From assembly GCA_964508785.1 (NCBI GenBank), contig CAZDVE010000002.1, positions 47,721 to 111,720 on the forward strand: a stretch of DNA of 64,000 nucleotides, given 5' to 3'. Positions 10,318-20,057 of the stretch are shown one piece after another. The stretch's first letter is position 1. Each line of letters begins with the position of its first letter. This DNA is from an uncultured Pirellulales bacterium (lineage in GTDB: Bacteria; Planctomycetota; Phycisphaerae; Sedimentisphaerales; Anaerobacaceae). Under the pieces are notes generated by a model. The model was given only the letters and a program-made list of their open reading frames with translations, ran no database searches and was not told the origin of the DNA. The position numbers and the translations under genes were made by a program.

Positions 10318-11241
10318 TTATCTCCCTGAATTTGAAACTGCGATTAGAGCATCTTTAACCTTCTCATATTCGAACCGGAATCCGGCATCCAGTAATTTAA
10401 CCGGAACAACTCTCTGTCCAGACAGAAGTATTTCATCTGCCATTTCTCCCAGAGTCAAATGTAAAATAAAGCCCGGCACACCAAATAAGGAAGGTCTATG
10501 CGAAATCCTGCCTAAAGTTTTGCAGAAATTTTTCATAGTCACCGGCTCCGGGGCCGTAAGATTAAAAACGCCCTGCTGATTTTGATTTTCAAGTAAAAAT
10601 CTTATAGCACCGACCTGGTCCTCTATAGAAATCCATGATATCCATTGTTTTCCGGAACCGGGATGGCCTCCGAGGAAAAACTTAAAAGGCCTGGCAAGTC
10701 TCGGCAACGCACCGCCGTCCTGACCGATTACGACACCAGTCCTAATTACGACCAACCTGACCCCAAGGTTCTCGATTTGCTCGGCGCAGAATTCAACCTT
10801 CCGACAGACATCGGCGAGAAATCCTTTTCCGGACGGTGACTGCTCATTTAGCTGCTGAGCACCACAGGAACCATAATAGCCGACGGCGGAAGACTGAATT
10901 ATAACCGAAGGTTTAGTATCGACCTGTTTTATCGCTGAAATTATCGCTCTGGTAGCATCGAGCCTGCTGTGAAGAATGCCAGCCTTCTTAGACGGATTCC
11001 ATCTTCCCGATGCGACGTTCTCGCCTGCAAGATTAATGATTGCAAAAGCACCGTCGGCCTTGTGAATCCATGTCCCGGTTGTCCTGCCGTCCCATTCGAA
11101 AATATCAGCAAATTCACCTATTGACTTCGAGGCCCTGCGAATATCTCGTGAAAGTGCGATTACCTTGTAATCATTACAAAGGTCCCTGCACAATGCCCTG
11201 CCGATAAAACCGGTCGCTCCTGTAATTACAACTTGCTCCAT
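10318..11241 (-). CDS. TIGR01777/YfcH-like NAD-dependent epimerase family protein (SDR39U1-like, C-terminal DUF1731)
   Basis: Rossmann motif VITGATGFIGRAL at the N-terminus. C-terminal VVPVKLLDAGFRFEYEKVKDAL is typical of the DUF1731 tail. Confidence 0.8.
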   Translation of the reverse strand: MEQVVITGATGFIGRALCRDLCNDYKVIALSRDIRRASKSIGEFADIFEWDGRTTGTWIHKADGAFAIINLAGENVASGRWNPSKKAGILHSRLDATRAIISAIKQVDTKPSVIIQSSAVGYYGSCGAQQLNEQSPSGKGFLADVCRKVEFCAEQIENLGVRLVVIRTGVVIGQDGGALPRLARPFKFFLGGHPGSGKQWISWISIEDQVGAIRFLLENQNQQGVFNLTAPEPVTMKNFCKTLGRISHRPSLFGVPGFILHLTLGEMADEILLSGQRVVPVKLLDAGFRFEYEKVKDALIAVSNSGR

Positions 11242-11249
11242 GTTATGAT

Positions 11250-12617
11250 TTATGCTCCTTCAATTGCTTGAATTTTTTTCACATAAGCATCCGGGTCGAA
11301 TCTTCTTTTAAGCCCATTTGCGTTCATATATCGAATCTTACCGAAGACGGGTCTTTCCGACCATGCCCTGTCATGCTTGCCGAAACACCACGCCACACCG
11401 GCAAAACCGTTCGGGTCCCTGCCGTCAAGCTCGTATTTGTTGTTAAGCTGCAGTGCAATTTTGTACGCCATCTGTGGATTGATACTCCATTCCAGGATTT
11501 TCTTGCCCCAGTACATCCTCATATAGCCATGCATCTTGCCGGTAAGAACCATTTCCTTCTGTGCGGCGTTCCAGTATGGATCGTGTGTTTTGGCCTGTTC
11601 AAAATCTTTAAACGAATATATGTATTGCCGTTTATCTTTCCTATGGAAATTCAACGTCCTCTCGGCCCACGGCGGAAGAGAAGCAAACGTATCATATTTA
11701 TTATTGTAATATACAAAATTATGGCTCAGTTCCCTGCGGACGATAAGCTCTTCAAGATATGAATCTTTGCCTTTGTCGGAACTCTTTCTAACCTCAAGAG
11801 CGATATACAAAGGCGAGATCTGCCCGAAGTGCAGATACGGACTCATATTAGAAACATAATCAACGCAAGGATTGTTGCGAAGCCGGTCGAACTTATCCAG
11901 CTTGTCTCTTAGAAATTCGCGCAGCAGCTTCTTTGCCCGGTCTGTGCCACCTTCGAAAAAAGTCACCTTACCAATACTATGGTCAACATTTAGCTTTGAA
12001 ACGGCCTTGTCAATATCCTCGATATCAAAACTTTTGAATCTCAAACCAAGTGAATAGAGCTTCGGTTTCGTATGTTTCAAAGGCACCATGTATTTATCAA
12101 GCTGTTTGTTTATACGCGGGCGAAATGTACCTGCGGAAAAATTCTCTTTATTGGATGCTACATCAACAGGAACAATTAAGTTGGTTTCCACTTGATAAAG
12201 GGGACATTCTATTTTTCGAACTGCATTTCGCCGCCACTTCTTCTGAATTCGCGAATGTCCCTCATCAACAACAGCCAAAGCCGCCGACTTCGCTAATTCC
12301 ACAACTCCTTCATCAGGAGACTGCCGCCGGATTATCATCTGTATACCTTTGTCCTGAAGAGCTTTGCCGACTTTTTTGAGCCCTTCGAACATGAAGTAAT
12401 AATGTCGCTGATTTGCATCCGGCCAATCCTCGGTTATGCCGAAGAATACAACGACCGGCATTTTTAGTTCGTTAGCTTTACGAATGGAATATTCCAGGGC
12501 ATGATTGTACTCCGTCCGCTGGGCCGCCTGCATCCAATAGAGTACATATTTGCCGTCCTGTGGCTTTTCATCATTGAGGTTCTTAATTCTTTCCTTTTGG
12601 ATCATTGACTGTATCAA
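11250..12617 (-). CDS. phr: Deoxyribodipyrimidine photolyase, class II
   Basis: N-terminus RIKNLNDEKPQDGKYVLYWMQAAQRTEYNHAL and C-terminal FAD-binding region (DPYWNAAQKEMVLTGKMHGYMRMYWGKKILEW...RYMNANGLKRRFD) match class II CPD photolyases. Confidence 0.85.
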   Translation of the reverse strand: MIQSMIQKERIKNLNDEKPQDGKYVLYWMQAAQRTEYNHALEYSIRKANELKMPVVVFFGITEDWPDANQRHYYFMFEGLKKVGKALQDKGIQMIIRRQSPDEGVVELAKSAALAVVDEGHSRIQKKWRRNAVRKIECPLYQVETNLIVPVDVASNKENFSAGTFRPRINKQLDKYMVPLKHTKPKLYSLGLRFKSFDIEDIDKAVSKLNVDHSIGKVTFFEGGTDRAKKLLREFLRDKLDKFDRLRNNPCVDYVSNMSPYLHFGQISPLYIALEVRKSSDKGKDSYLEELIVRRELSHNFVYYNNKYDTFASLPPWAERTLNFHRKDKRQYIYSFKDFEQAKTHDPYWNAAQKEMVLTGKMHGYMRMYWGKKILEWSINPQMAYKIALQLNNKYELDGRDPNGFAGVAWCFGKHDRAWSERPVFGKIRYMNANGLKRRFDPDAYVKKIQAIEGA

Positions 12618-12746
12618 TCGTAAAATCCGTTTTGCCGATTATAATACAATTTACCGGTTTTTCCGGAATATTATGTAAAATAATCAGTTGATATAAAATG
12701 AATTAATAATATATGATGAAAATAAAACAAAGATGAACACCATACG

Positions 12747-14210
12747 CTACATGTCATTAGTTATTTGAATTTGAAGGACTTTATGGATTTTGTCGGTAAG
12801 TTTGACTCGTTCGCTTATGCGAACAGGCCAGAGCCAGATAATCTTTTCGCTATCAGTGACGACGAGCATATTTCGCCGTGTATTGTAAGGAATTCGCTGA
12901 TCCGTAAGAAATTTGCTGAGCTTTTTTTCAGCCTTCATTCCCAAAGGAATAAATCTGTCACCGTCCTGTATGAAACGAACAAACAACGGTAGTTTAATCT
13001 TATCCAGGTCAAACCATTCAATAAAGCTGGTCTTTGTGGTTTTGAACTTTTCAAATTCTCTGCCATTAACTTCCGATATCTTTGCTTCAACGAAGTATTT
13101 ATCGAATTTCGTTTTGCCTGGAATTTTTAAAACCGTACTCTTGGTATCCTCTGCATGCAGGGGCCAATTAGAAGCCGGTGGGGCAAGCCCCCCCTTCTTA
13201 TCATATTGAGAAAAAATTAAATCTCCATATTCTCTCCGAACAACAAATCCACAGGGTAATTCTATCGTTCTGCCTGTAATATTTTGAGAGGTTAACTGCA
13301 ATATTCTCAGGTAGTGTTGCCGTGTTAAGTCTTTCTCACCACAGCCGATATCCGCCAGAGATCGCCGAATCAGTTCCACCTTGACAGGCTTGGGCTGTAT
13401 CAAAAACGACTTCAGGTTAACAATTATTTTCCCATTTTTGTAATCAGTAACATTCGGCCGGATGTCACTCGCGTATTTACATACAATATTATAGAACTTC
13501 CGGGCCGATTCAGATAATCCGAACAACTGCTCCACAAGGGAACCGTTACTGTCTTTCTGTATAGCAGGAAGCAACTGATGCCGGATATAGTTTCGAGTAT
13601 ATCTACAATCAGTATTGGTTCGGTCCTCGCACCACCGCAACTTGTTCTTCTGCAGATAGTCAATAATTTCACATCGCGTGACACACAGCAGAGGTCTGAC
13701 AAACCAGACTTTATCATCGAATTTTCGTACCGGCCAAATCCCGGCAAGACCCCGAAAACCCGTTCCGCGAAGCATACGATGTAAAACAGTCTCAGCGTTA
13801 TCGTTTTTCTGATGCCCCATTACTATATGACTACAGTTATTGGCCACGGCGATATCAAGCAGACTTTTCAATCGTAGTTTTCTGGCGGCAGTTTCAATCG
13901 ACAGTTTATTCCTGCGCGCAAAATCGCGCACGTTAATCCTCTTGGTTTTAACCGCCAATTTCAATCGACTCGCCTGTGCAACGACAAAATCCTCATCGGC
14001 TTCGGCCTGCTTCGCCCTCAGCAGATGATTGACATGAACACAAAGCATATCGACTCTTAAATAATTATGTGTTTTCAGCGCCTGCATTACATGCAGAAGT
14101 GCTATCGAGTCAGCTCCGCCCGAAACAGCTAAAAGTGCTTTAGCTGTATTTTCAAAAAGCTTATTCGCTTTTATGAAATCCGCTATCTTATTCTCGAAGT
14201 CGGATAACAT
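12747..14210 (-). CDS. tilS: tRNA(Ile)-lysidine synthetase
   Basis: PP-loop LLAVSGGADSIALLHV near the N-terminus. Length and C-terminal TilS substrate-binding-like domain fit the family. Confidence 0.9.
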   Translation of the reverse strand: MLSDFENKIADFIKANKLFENTAKALLAVSGGADSIALLHVMQALKTHNYLRVDMLCVHVNHLLRAKQAEADEDFVVAQASRLKLAVKTKRINVRDFARRNKLSIETAARKLRLKSLLDIAVANNCSHIVMGHQKNDNAETVLHRMLRGTGFRGLAGIWPVRKFDDKVWFVRPLLCVTRCEIIDYLQKNKLRWCEDRTNTDCRYTRNYIRHQLLPAIQKDSNGSLVEQLFGLSESARKFYNIVCKYASDIRPNVTDYKNGKIIVNLKSFLIQPKPVKVELIRRSLADIGCGEKDLTRQHYLRILQLTSQNITGRTIELPCGFVVRREYGDLIFSQYDKKGGLAPPASNWPLHAEDTKSTVLKIPGKTKFDKYFVEAKISEVNGREFEKFKTTKTSFIEWFDLDKIKLPLFVRFIQDGDRFIPLGMKAEKKLSKFLTDQRIPYNTRRNMLVVTDSEKIIWLWPVRISERVKLTDKIHKVLQIQITNDM

Positions 14211-14263
14211 TATTATTCAATAGAAGTGCTTTTAGAAAATGATTATTTTAAAAAAGCAGATCT

Positions 14264-14297
14264 GCAAAAAAAAGGGGCCTGTCACTCATCCAGGCCC
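14264..14297 (-). terminator. Rho-independent terminator downstream of the TPR lipoprotein gene
   Basis: On the minus strand, GGGCCTG-gatgagtga-CAGGCCC is followed by C-T8. It lies 50-80 nt after the stop of the 14347..15138 gene. Confidence 0.6.
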
Positions 14298-14346
14298 GTA
14301 TATTAATTTTAAATAAAAAGGACTTTGAACCAAACTTCTGTCAAGG

Positions 14347-15138
14347 TTAGCCTTCGCCGGATTTTTGTAAGTCTTCAATCCGCTCTTCTGCGAAATTTTT
14401 CCACTCCAAGTATTTGCCGTATCTTCCTTCTGTTTCAATGGCTTTTTTGTAAAGCTCTAACGCCTCTGCATTACGATGCATGTGTTTATCCAGAATCTTT
14501 GCCGCCCTGAATCTGGCCGGATGAGGTGTATCAGGGTCCCAGGTATATGCACACTGATAATAATCCAGCGCTATAGAGTAATCCTTGAAATACTCGGAAA
14601 TTTCACCGGCCTGGTATGCCGCATCGTCAATCTTATCACTGCTCGGGTATTTCTTGATAAGGTCCTCGAATTTTCTCAGAGCCATTCGATATAAATCTTT
14701 ATTTACGAAAAGCTGACCAAGCCTTTCCGCCTGGTTTTTCTGTAATGAGGCATCTTCATAAATAAGATCCGCATCCGGTATCGAAGTAGTCGCTCTATAT
14801 CTTTTCGGAGCTACAACAGGAACAATGTAATCATACTGAGGCATAACATTAAGGGCTCTTAATTCTTTATTCGCCCAGTCCAGCTTTTCGTTGTTACCGG
14901 TCTTTGTATAATACCTGACCAGCTTTTCAAGTCCCTGCCGATACGCCTGCCGGTTCGCTGCTATTTGCTCGACAATATCAATTTCACTTACCTCGGTCAA
15001 CTTGACCGGGCTGCCTGTGCCAAGTGTCGGTCTGGTTCGGTCCGGCAATCTCCGGCTTACCCCGCTATCAGGTTGAGTGCAGCCGGCCAAAGCCAATAAT
15101 GAAACCATGAATATTACTATACAAAATCTCTTTGCCAT
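14347..15138 (-). CDS. TPR-repeat lipoprotein (BamD/YbgF-like)
   Basis: Lipobox SLLALAGC after a hydrophobic leader. TPR-like helices with the pattern ALRKFEDLIKKYPSSDKIDDAAYQAGEI...YYQ, as seen in BamD/YbgF-type proteins. The specific family is not resolvable by eye. Confidence 0.6.
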   Translation of the reverse strand: MAKRFCIVIFMVSLLALAGCTQPDSGVSRRLPDRTRPTLGTGSPVKLTEVSEIDIVEQIAANRQAYRQGLEKLVRYYTKTGNNEKLDWANKELRALNVMPQYDYIVPVVAPKRYRATTSIPDADLIYEDASLQKNQAERLGQLFVNKDLYRMALRKFEDLIKKYPSSDKIDDAAYQAGEISEYFKDYSIALDYYQCAYTWDPDTPHPARFRAAKILDKHMHRNAEALELYKKAIETEGRYGKYLEWKNFAEERIEDLQKSGEG

Positions 15139-15372
15139 AATGGCCTCCTTTCGATCTAAAACCAGCCTTTTTGGCCAATTATCAATTATGAAATATCAAT
15201 TATCAACAAAAACTTCATTCGTCAAGAACAAACAACTAAAAATATTCGAACTATTGGTTCAATATTATCAGAAAAGACCATATTTGCCGAATCCACGTAA
15301 AATAAACAAAAAAGATTCAATATTATAGGATAACCACTCAATAAAAGACCCTTAGTTCGATCAAAAAAAGAT

Positions 15373-15401
15373 TTGACTTTTTCGGTTGATTTTTGTAAAA
15401 T
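15373..15401 (+). promoter_or_regulatory. Candidate sigma-70-type promoter for the DUF1573 gene
   Basis: TTGACT, a 17-nt spacer, then TAAAAT, about 135 nt upstream of ATG 15539 in a 400-nt divergent intergenic region. Confidence 0.35.
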
Positions 15402-15538
15402 GTTACTCATAAAACTCGGCGATACGACTGGAAGGGGGTCATCTAAGAATTCGTCGTTTCAAGGTGTCCTTTTTGCAAAATTGAATATCCCTATGTATTG
15501 GCTGAAGATTCCGTAAAATAAAATAAGGAAGTAAGAAT

Positions 15539-16717
15539 ATGAAGCCGAACAAATCGATATCGATCATCATTACCACATGCGTATTACTATTACAACTTAG
15601 TTGTGAAGAACAGGTTATGCCTCGACAAGAGTTGAATTCTGATTGGTTCAACCAGATGTCCTGGCGAGCTCGGCCTATGTCCCGGCCCAAAAATATTGAG
15701 CCTGTAACTCAAAGAACTCCGAAAATTACTTTCGACAAGGTAGTTCATAACTTCGGTAACGTCAGCCCGGCAACAACTCATATATGTGAGTTTAATTTTA
15801 CCAATACAGGAGACGGTATCCTTGAAATAATCGAGGTCGAAAAAACCTGTGGCTGCACACCATTCGAATTCGCGAACAGGAAAATGGAATATGCCCCCGG
15901 TGAAAGAGGGTCACTGAAAGTTGGATTTTATTCAGATACACAGCTTGGCAGTACTACGAAACCACTTTATGTTTACAGCAACGATGAAACAAATCCCGAA
16001 GTCGAGCTGGCCATAAAGGCTAACATCATGGCTAAGGTTGATTACGAGCCAAAGGCGATGAACCTTATGCTGATGCAATCAAACGCAAATTGTCCAGCGA
16101 TTAAAATTCGAAGTCTCGACAATCAGCCCTTTTCAATAACGAGTTTCAAGTCAACTTCCAATTGTATTTCTCTCGACTACGATCCTTCAGTCAAAGCAAG
16201 GCAGTTTGTACTACAACCGAAGGTCGACATGAAAAAACTGGAACGTACAATGGACGGGCGTTTCGAGATCGGCCTATCTCATCCCGAAACCAAGGTAGTC
16301 AGCGGAACCTTCGATACGCCTGCAAGATTTTCAACCAGCCCAAGAACAATTACAATTCATCGTGCAGACTCTCAACAAGCCATAACAAGAAAAGTTCATG
16401 TCATAAGCAACTACGACGAGGATTTCGAAATCGATTCGGCTTTTTCACAAGCAGGTACCATAAAAGTTCTCAACAAAAAAAGAATTCGTAACGGCTATGA
16501 ATTAGAGTTACAGATAAAACCACCGACCGCCAAAAGCGGAACAAGAATATTCTCGGATGTTTTTTCATTGAACTTAAAAGGTGGCAATAAACTCAATATC
16601 ACCTGTAATGGATTTTATCCGGGAGCAACAACAACCGCAAATACAACAACAAAGTCATCAAGCTCATCCAAAAAGCAGAAAAAATGCAAAACATGTAAGC
16701 CTATCCTAATCAACTAA
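15539..16717 (+). CDS. DUF1573 domain-containing secreted protein
   Basis: RBS AAGGAAG. Signal-like N-terminus. Hallmark DUF1573 segment FDKVVHNFGNVSPATTHICEFNFTNTGDGILEIIEVEKTCGCT. The C-terminal tail is T/S/K-rich (TTTANTTTKSSSSSKKQKKCKTCKP). Confidence 0.8.
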   Translation: MKPNKSISIIITTCVLLLQLSCEEQVMPRQELNSDWFNQMSWRARPMSRPKNIEPVTQRTPKITFDKVVHNFGNVSPATTHICEFNFTNTGDGILEIIEVEKTCGCTPFEFANRKMEYAPGERGSLKVGFYSDTQLGSTTKPLYVYSNDETNPEVELAIKANIMAKVDYEPKAMNLMLMQSNANCPAIKIRSLDNQPFSITSFKSTSNCISLDYDPSVKARQFVLQPKVDMKKLERTMDGRFEIGLSHPETKVVSGTFDTPARFSTSPRTITIHRADSQQAITRKVHVISNYDEDFEIDSAFSQAGTIKVLNKKRIRNGYELELQIKPPTAKSGTRIFSDVFSLNLKGGNKLNITCNGFYPGATTTANTTTKSSSSSKKQKKCKTCKPILIN

Positions 16718-16911
16718 AAGCAGATACATGATAGGTTACGGATTACAATTATATATAATAAAAGTAATCCAGATGATAGTTGAAGTCTCACTCCGGACGG
16801 GCAAGCAAAGAACTCCCACGCATATTCGGAGCATTAAAATTTAACGAAGAACAAAAACCGAAAACAGCACTGCAATCAATAAAGATTGGTTCAAAGAGTG
16901 ACATAATCACA

Positions 16912-18903
16912 TCAAATCGGCTTGGTTGTGAAAACAAACCGGAATCTTTCATCTTTGAGACTTTCAATTTTCAAATGCACGGTTTTTTCTCTATCCGTCA
17001 AGCTATGAAGATTGTAATTAGCAATCCAGCTACTACCCTGCTCTATAGTTCCGTCCCTTTCACTGAAGCTTGAGTTGCCCTTGCGATTCTCCACCGTCAG
17101 TAAACGATAGGACTCCGAAGGCAAAGGTTCCCGCGAAGGCACAGCCCGCAGAGCTAAAGTCTGAAGCTCCCTGTCTCCGAGAAATCTGTAAAACAATACA
17201 GGCTCACCAAGCCCTCTTTCCACAATCATCACTCTGTCGATTTCATCGACGTTTGTAAATCCTGTTTCACTAAAAGCCTCTTCACTAACAGGCACTTGAG
17301 CTAAATTCTCATCACCCAGCATCCCAGCCAGATTCTTTATTTCCTGGGCCCTGGAATTGTTATCCTTTTCTGCATACTGCATCGCCCGAGCGAGCATCAG
17401 TGCGTCACGGCCTTTTTCAAGCTCGCCGCGATTTATCCAGAAGCGGGCCAGTACAAGATAACCATCCAGCAAAGGAGCAGGACTCTGTTCGATTAAAGCA
17501 CGTAAACGTTCGTATTGTCCCGTCGTCTGAAAATATTCCTTAAAAATCAGCAGGGTTTTTACGCCGATACCCATATCCAATAATTTATCTACCACCTTCT
17601 GCATCCGTTCTTTAGTCCAGCAAGACTCATAATGTGCAACCATCAGAGTTTCTGATGCCGGCTTTTGAGAAACATCCGAAATGATTTGACCCGCTCCGGC
17701 GTTGCGCTGCAGGCGATATATATGAATCCACTCACTGCCTTTTCGCATCTTAAGGTAATCATTATCGCGGCCGTTTAAAGTCCAGCCGAGAGACTTCAAT
17801 TCATCAAAATAACTTTCCAGCCCCTTTGCAGTATAGCAATCATCTGTGAACTGCCAAATCGTATCGTTGTCCTTTAATAATCTGCTGCCCGATATCAGAC
17901 TTTTAACATTAGAGTTCATTATAAAGGAAAATTCTGGTCTCTCGCGATAGGTGCCATAAAGCACATCAGGCATTTCAGGCAGTTCGCCGTACTTGTCCAG
18001 CAAATTCTCAAACTGCTTTTTGGCAGCCTTTAGAATCTCTCCGGAAATATTTTTCGCCTCCAGCTTATACTTGGTCTGAGGGTTTTCTATACCAAACATA
18101 CTGCTCACATGCTGGAGTTTGCCTTCGATATTGAAACGAACCGTTGGAGATGTGCCTGTTTCAAACGAATCGGATAAATCCCCAAGTATTGAGCTGCCTG
18201 CCTGCCATTCCATTTTTGCCTGAATCTTGCGGCCATGAAGCAGATTATTTTCATTAAACTCGGTCATATCAAGTGTGATGAAAACATCGGGAAGCAGACC
18301 TCCCTCCCGGGGCCAGGTTCCATACGGGTAATATGCCACTGTATCAACATAAGGTAACTGAACCAAAGATTTCTGAAACTCCTTTGCTACACGATTGAGC
18401 AGGCGATTAGGACTACTACTGATAATCATAACGTTGCGTATGGTTATTCGAGCAGCGGTTCCCGGCGAGGAAGAACTATAAGCCTGGACTTTATTACTGG
18501 CCTCGATAGTCCCGATGTGCGGCTGACTCTCAAAGAATGAACCACCAGAGCCTTCCGGATTACCTGTATCAGAATTACTCGAAAGAACAATAGGATCGTC
18601 TTTGAAGCCACCAAGAGGTAATTCGAAAAGCACCAGCACAAATATAACACATACTATTGCAATCACAGAGCCGTGACGTTTAGGCTTAGTATATTCGTTG
18701 ATTTCAGGCGGGAGAAGTAATACCCCAAAGACCGCGTATATGAGCAGAAGTAACGGATTAAAGAAAATAAAAGTAAACACCCAGAAAATCTTGGTACCCA
18801 ATCGCCGGTCGATTATCGGATAAAATTCGCGACGGCTCAGACAGTGCAACAATAACGCCGACCATATAATCAGGAAGAGCCCACTTAGAACATACCAAAG
18901 CAT
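16912..18903 (-). CDS. Hypothetical polytopic membrane protein with a large soluble domain and TPR-like C-terminal region
   Basis: Three N-terminal hydrophobic helices. The first ~60 aa (LFLIIWSALLLHCLSRREF...KIFWVFTFIFFNPLLLLIYAVFG) resemble the small PLDc_N membrane module. The remaining ~550 aa match nothing I recognise. Confidence 0.6.
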   Translation of the reverse strand: MLWYVLSGLFLIIWSALLLHCLSRREFYPIIDRRLGTKIFWVFTFIFFNPLLLLIYAVFGVLLLPPEINEYTKPKRHGSVIAIVCVIFVLVLFELPLGGFKDDPIVLSSNSDTGNPEGSGGSFFESQPHIGTIEASNKVQAYSSSSPGTAARITIRNVMIISSSPNRLLNRVAKEFQKSLVQLPYVDTVAYYPYGTWPREGGLLPDVFITLDMTEFNENNLLHGRKIQAKMEWQAGSSILGDLSDSFETGTSPTVRFNIEGKLQHVSSMFGIENPQTKYKLEAKNISGEILKAAKKQFENLLDKYGELPEMPDVLYGTYRERPEFSFIMNSNVKSLISGSRLLKDNDTIWQFTDDCYTAKGLESYFDELKSLGWTLNGRDNDYLKMRKGSEWIHIYRLQRNAGAGQIISDVSQKPASETLMVAHYESCWTKERMQKVVDKLLDMGIGVKTLLIFKEYFQTTGQYERLRALIEQSPAPLLDGYLVLARFWINRGELEKGRDALMLARAMQYAEKDNNSRAQEIKNLAGMLGDENLAQVPVSEEAFSETGFTNVDEIDRVMIVERGLGEPVLFYRFLGDRELQTLALRAVPSREPLPSESYRLLTVENRKGNSSFSERDGTIEQGSSWIANYNLHSLTDREKTVHLKIESLKDERFRFVFTTKPI

Positions 18904-19167
18904 TAAAGTTTACCTTTCAAATAAACGCTGCTTTACGGACCGGCTTACATTACTTCTTTTATTCATAAGACCTTTAATCTATGGTGGCTTATGTTTTTTT
19001 CGGCGTTTTTCAAGACCAACTAAAATATAAGATTTAATAAACAGACCTGTTATCCACAGGATTTTGCTGTAAGAGCCGCTCATGGACCTATAAAGTGGCA
19101 TTCTATGGACTTTCTTATTATCTTGTACCAAGCTTGGGCAGTACCTGGTTTTTCCATTGTTTTTGAA

Positions 19168-19188
19168 CCCCCAGAGTAAATCTGGGGG
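19168..19188. repeat. Perfect 8-bp stem hairpin (CCCCCAGA-gtaaa-TCTGGGGG)
   Basis: Read directly from the sequence. A related motif (TAAATTGCCGGGCTAA versus TAAATCTGGGGGCTAA) recurs at about 19466-19481. Confidence 0.6.
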
Positions 19189-19208
19189 CTAACCTTTCAT
19201 TTACTGTC

Positions 19209-19254
19209 TTTACGCAATACGCAGAACGCAGTACGAAATAATTGGGTTCGTTTG
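19209..19254 (+). repeat. Direct repeat copy 1 (TTTACGCAATACGCAGAACGCAGTACGAAATAATTGGGTTCGTTTG)
   Basis: Near-identical to 19347..19401 apart from a 7-nt unit and one extra T in copy 2. Internally built from ACGCA(N)TACG-like units. Followed by degenerate GYTTCGTTTGG tandem units to about 19290. Confidence 0.8.
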
Positions 19255-19346
19255 GCTTCGTTTGGGGTCCGCTTTAGCTTTGTTTTTTAGCCCATCCGGA
19301 ACCAGCATTATCTCGTATTATATTGTTGTCAAAGAACTTAAATCCT

Positions 19347-19401
19347 TTTACGCAATACGCATTACGCCGAACGCAGTACGAAATAATTTGGGTTCGTTTT
19401 G
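19347..19401 (+). repeat. Direct repeat copy 2 (TTTACGCAATACGCATTACGCCGAACGCAGTACGAAATAATTTGGGTTCGTTTTG)
   Basis: See copy 1. Same orientation, 138 nt downstream. Confidence 0.8.
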
Positions 19402-19691
19402 AATAAAAAGGCCGATTTGTAGAGAGTTCTCGACATTTGTCGAATTGCCTTCTTGGAACCCACCAATAAATTGCCGGGCTAAATATTTTAAATTGGACAT
19501 TCGACATTTTACCCCCAAGAGATGTATGTGCTGCCCTCCGCCATCCCCCATTCAAAACGCTATAAACTATATATTAAATACCATATAGTAAATACTAAAT
19601 ACTATACATTAAAATTTATACTCGAAATCGGCCAAATTACAAGCAAAATCCCGTTTTTTATGGAAATTATACTTTACCTGCGAAGTATTGT

Positions 19692-19847
19692 GTGGCAGCC
19701 ACTGAATGAGCTTGCCCCTAAGGGGCGAAACGAATGAAGTGGATGGTAAAAAATATGCCAAAAACAAAGAATAAACAAGAAAATCTTGCTGTTATTTAAG
19801 AAAAAAGCCATCCACTTCGCTCACTGCGTTCGCTTAGTGGCTGCCAC
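19692..19847. repeat. Long imperfect inverted repeat / candidate structured element
   Basis: Outer arms GTGGCAGCCACT (19692-19703) and AGTGGCTGCCAC (19836-19847). Inner arms GAAGTGGATGG (19736-19746) and CCATCCACTTC (19808-19818). The left arm contains an extra local hairpin GCCCC-taa-GGGGC, and the central loop is A-rich and ~61 nt long. Confidence 0.7.
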
Positions 19848-20057
19848 CCTTTTGGTATACGTAGAACTACGTATTTTTAAAAAATCTAACTCCTCACCCC
19901 TCTACCAAGCCAAAGCATCATTATACGGCACAAAATAATTGTCGATAAATTATATCGGGTAAAAGCGAAAATATGATTCCCGAATTGGAAAAGAATAATA
20001 TTACATTTTGCTCAGAAGTTTTTAAATGAACTTAATAAATTTGCGGAGGATATAATT

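Noticed and set aside
14347-15138. Calling the TPR lipoprotein bamD
   Set aside because: Lipobox plus TPR and the 'F..li..yP.S' pattern fit BamD but equally fit YbgF/CpoB-like and other TPR lipoproteins. The gene is not linked to the bamA cluster here, so I kept a generic call.
19209-19401. Possible CRISPR array (two ~46-55 nt direct repeats)
   Set aside because: There are only two copies, of unequal length and with internal low-complexity units. The 92-nt spacer is too long, and there are no cas genes or leader anywhere in the window.
19702-19731. Hammerhead-ribozyme-like string CTGAATGAG - GCCCC-taa-GGGGC - GAAAC inside the left arm of the inverted repeat
   Set aside because: The core reads CUGAAUGA, one nucleotide too many for the CUGANGA consensus. 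Helix II would need a 3-nt bulge. The putative helix I (GUGGCAGCCAC) gives at most 4 bp with a 3-nt loop. I find no complementary strand for helix III or a UH cleavage site upstream.
19274-19737. ORF-track entries 19274..19555(-), 19348..19551(-), 19522..19737(+)
   Set aside because: They are read straight through the dispersed repeats and hairpins and give low-complexity peptides (…YCVRRNAYCVKG…, …KMSNVQFKI…). They have no RBS and mutually overlap, so they are most likely not genes.
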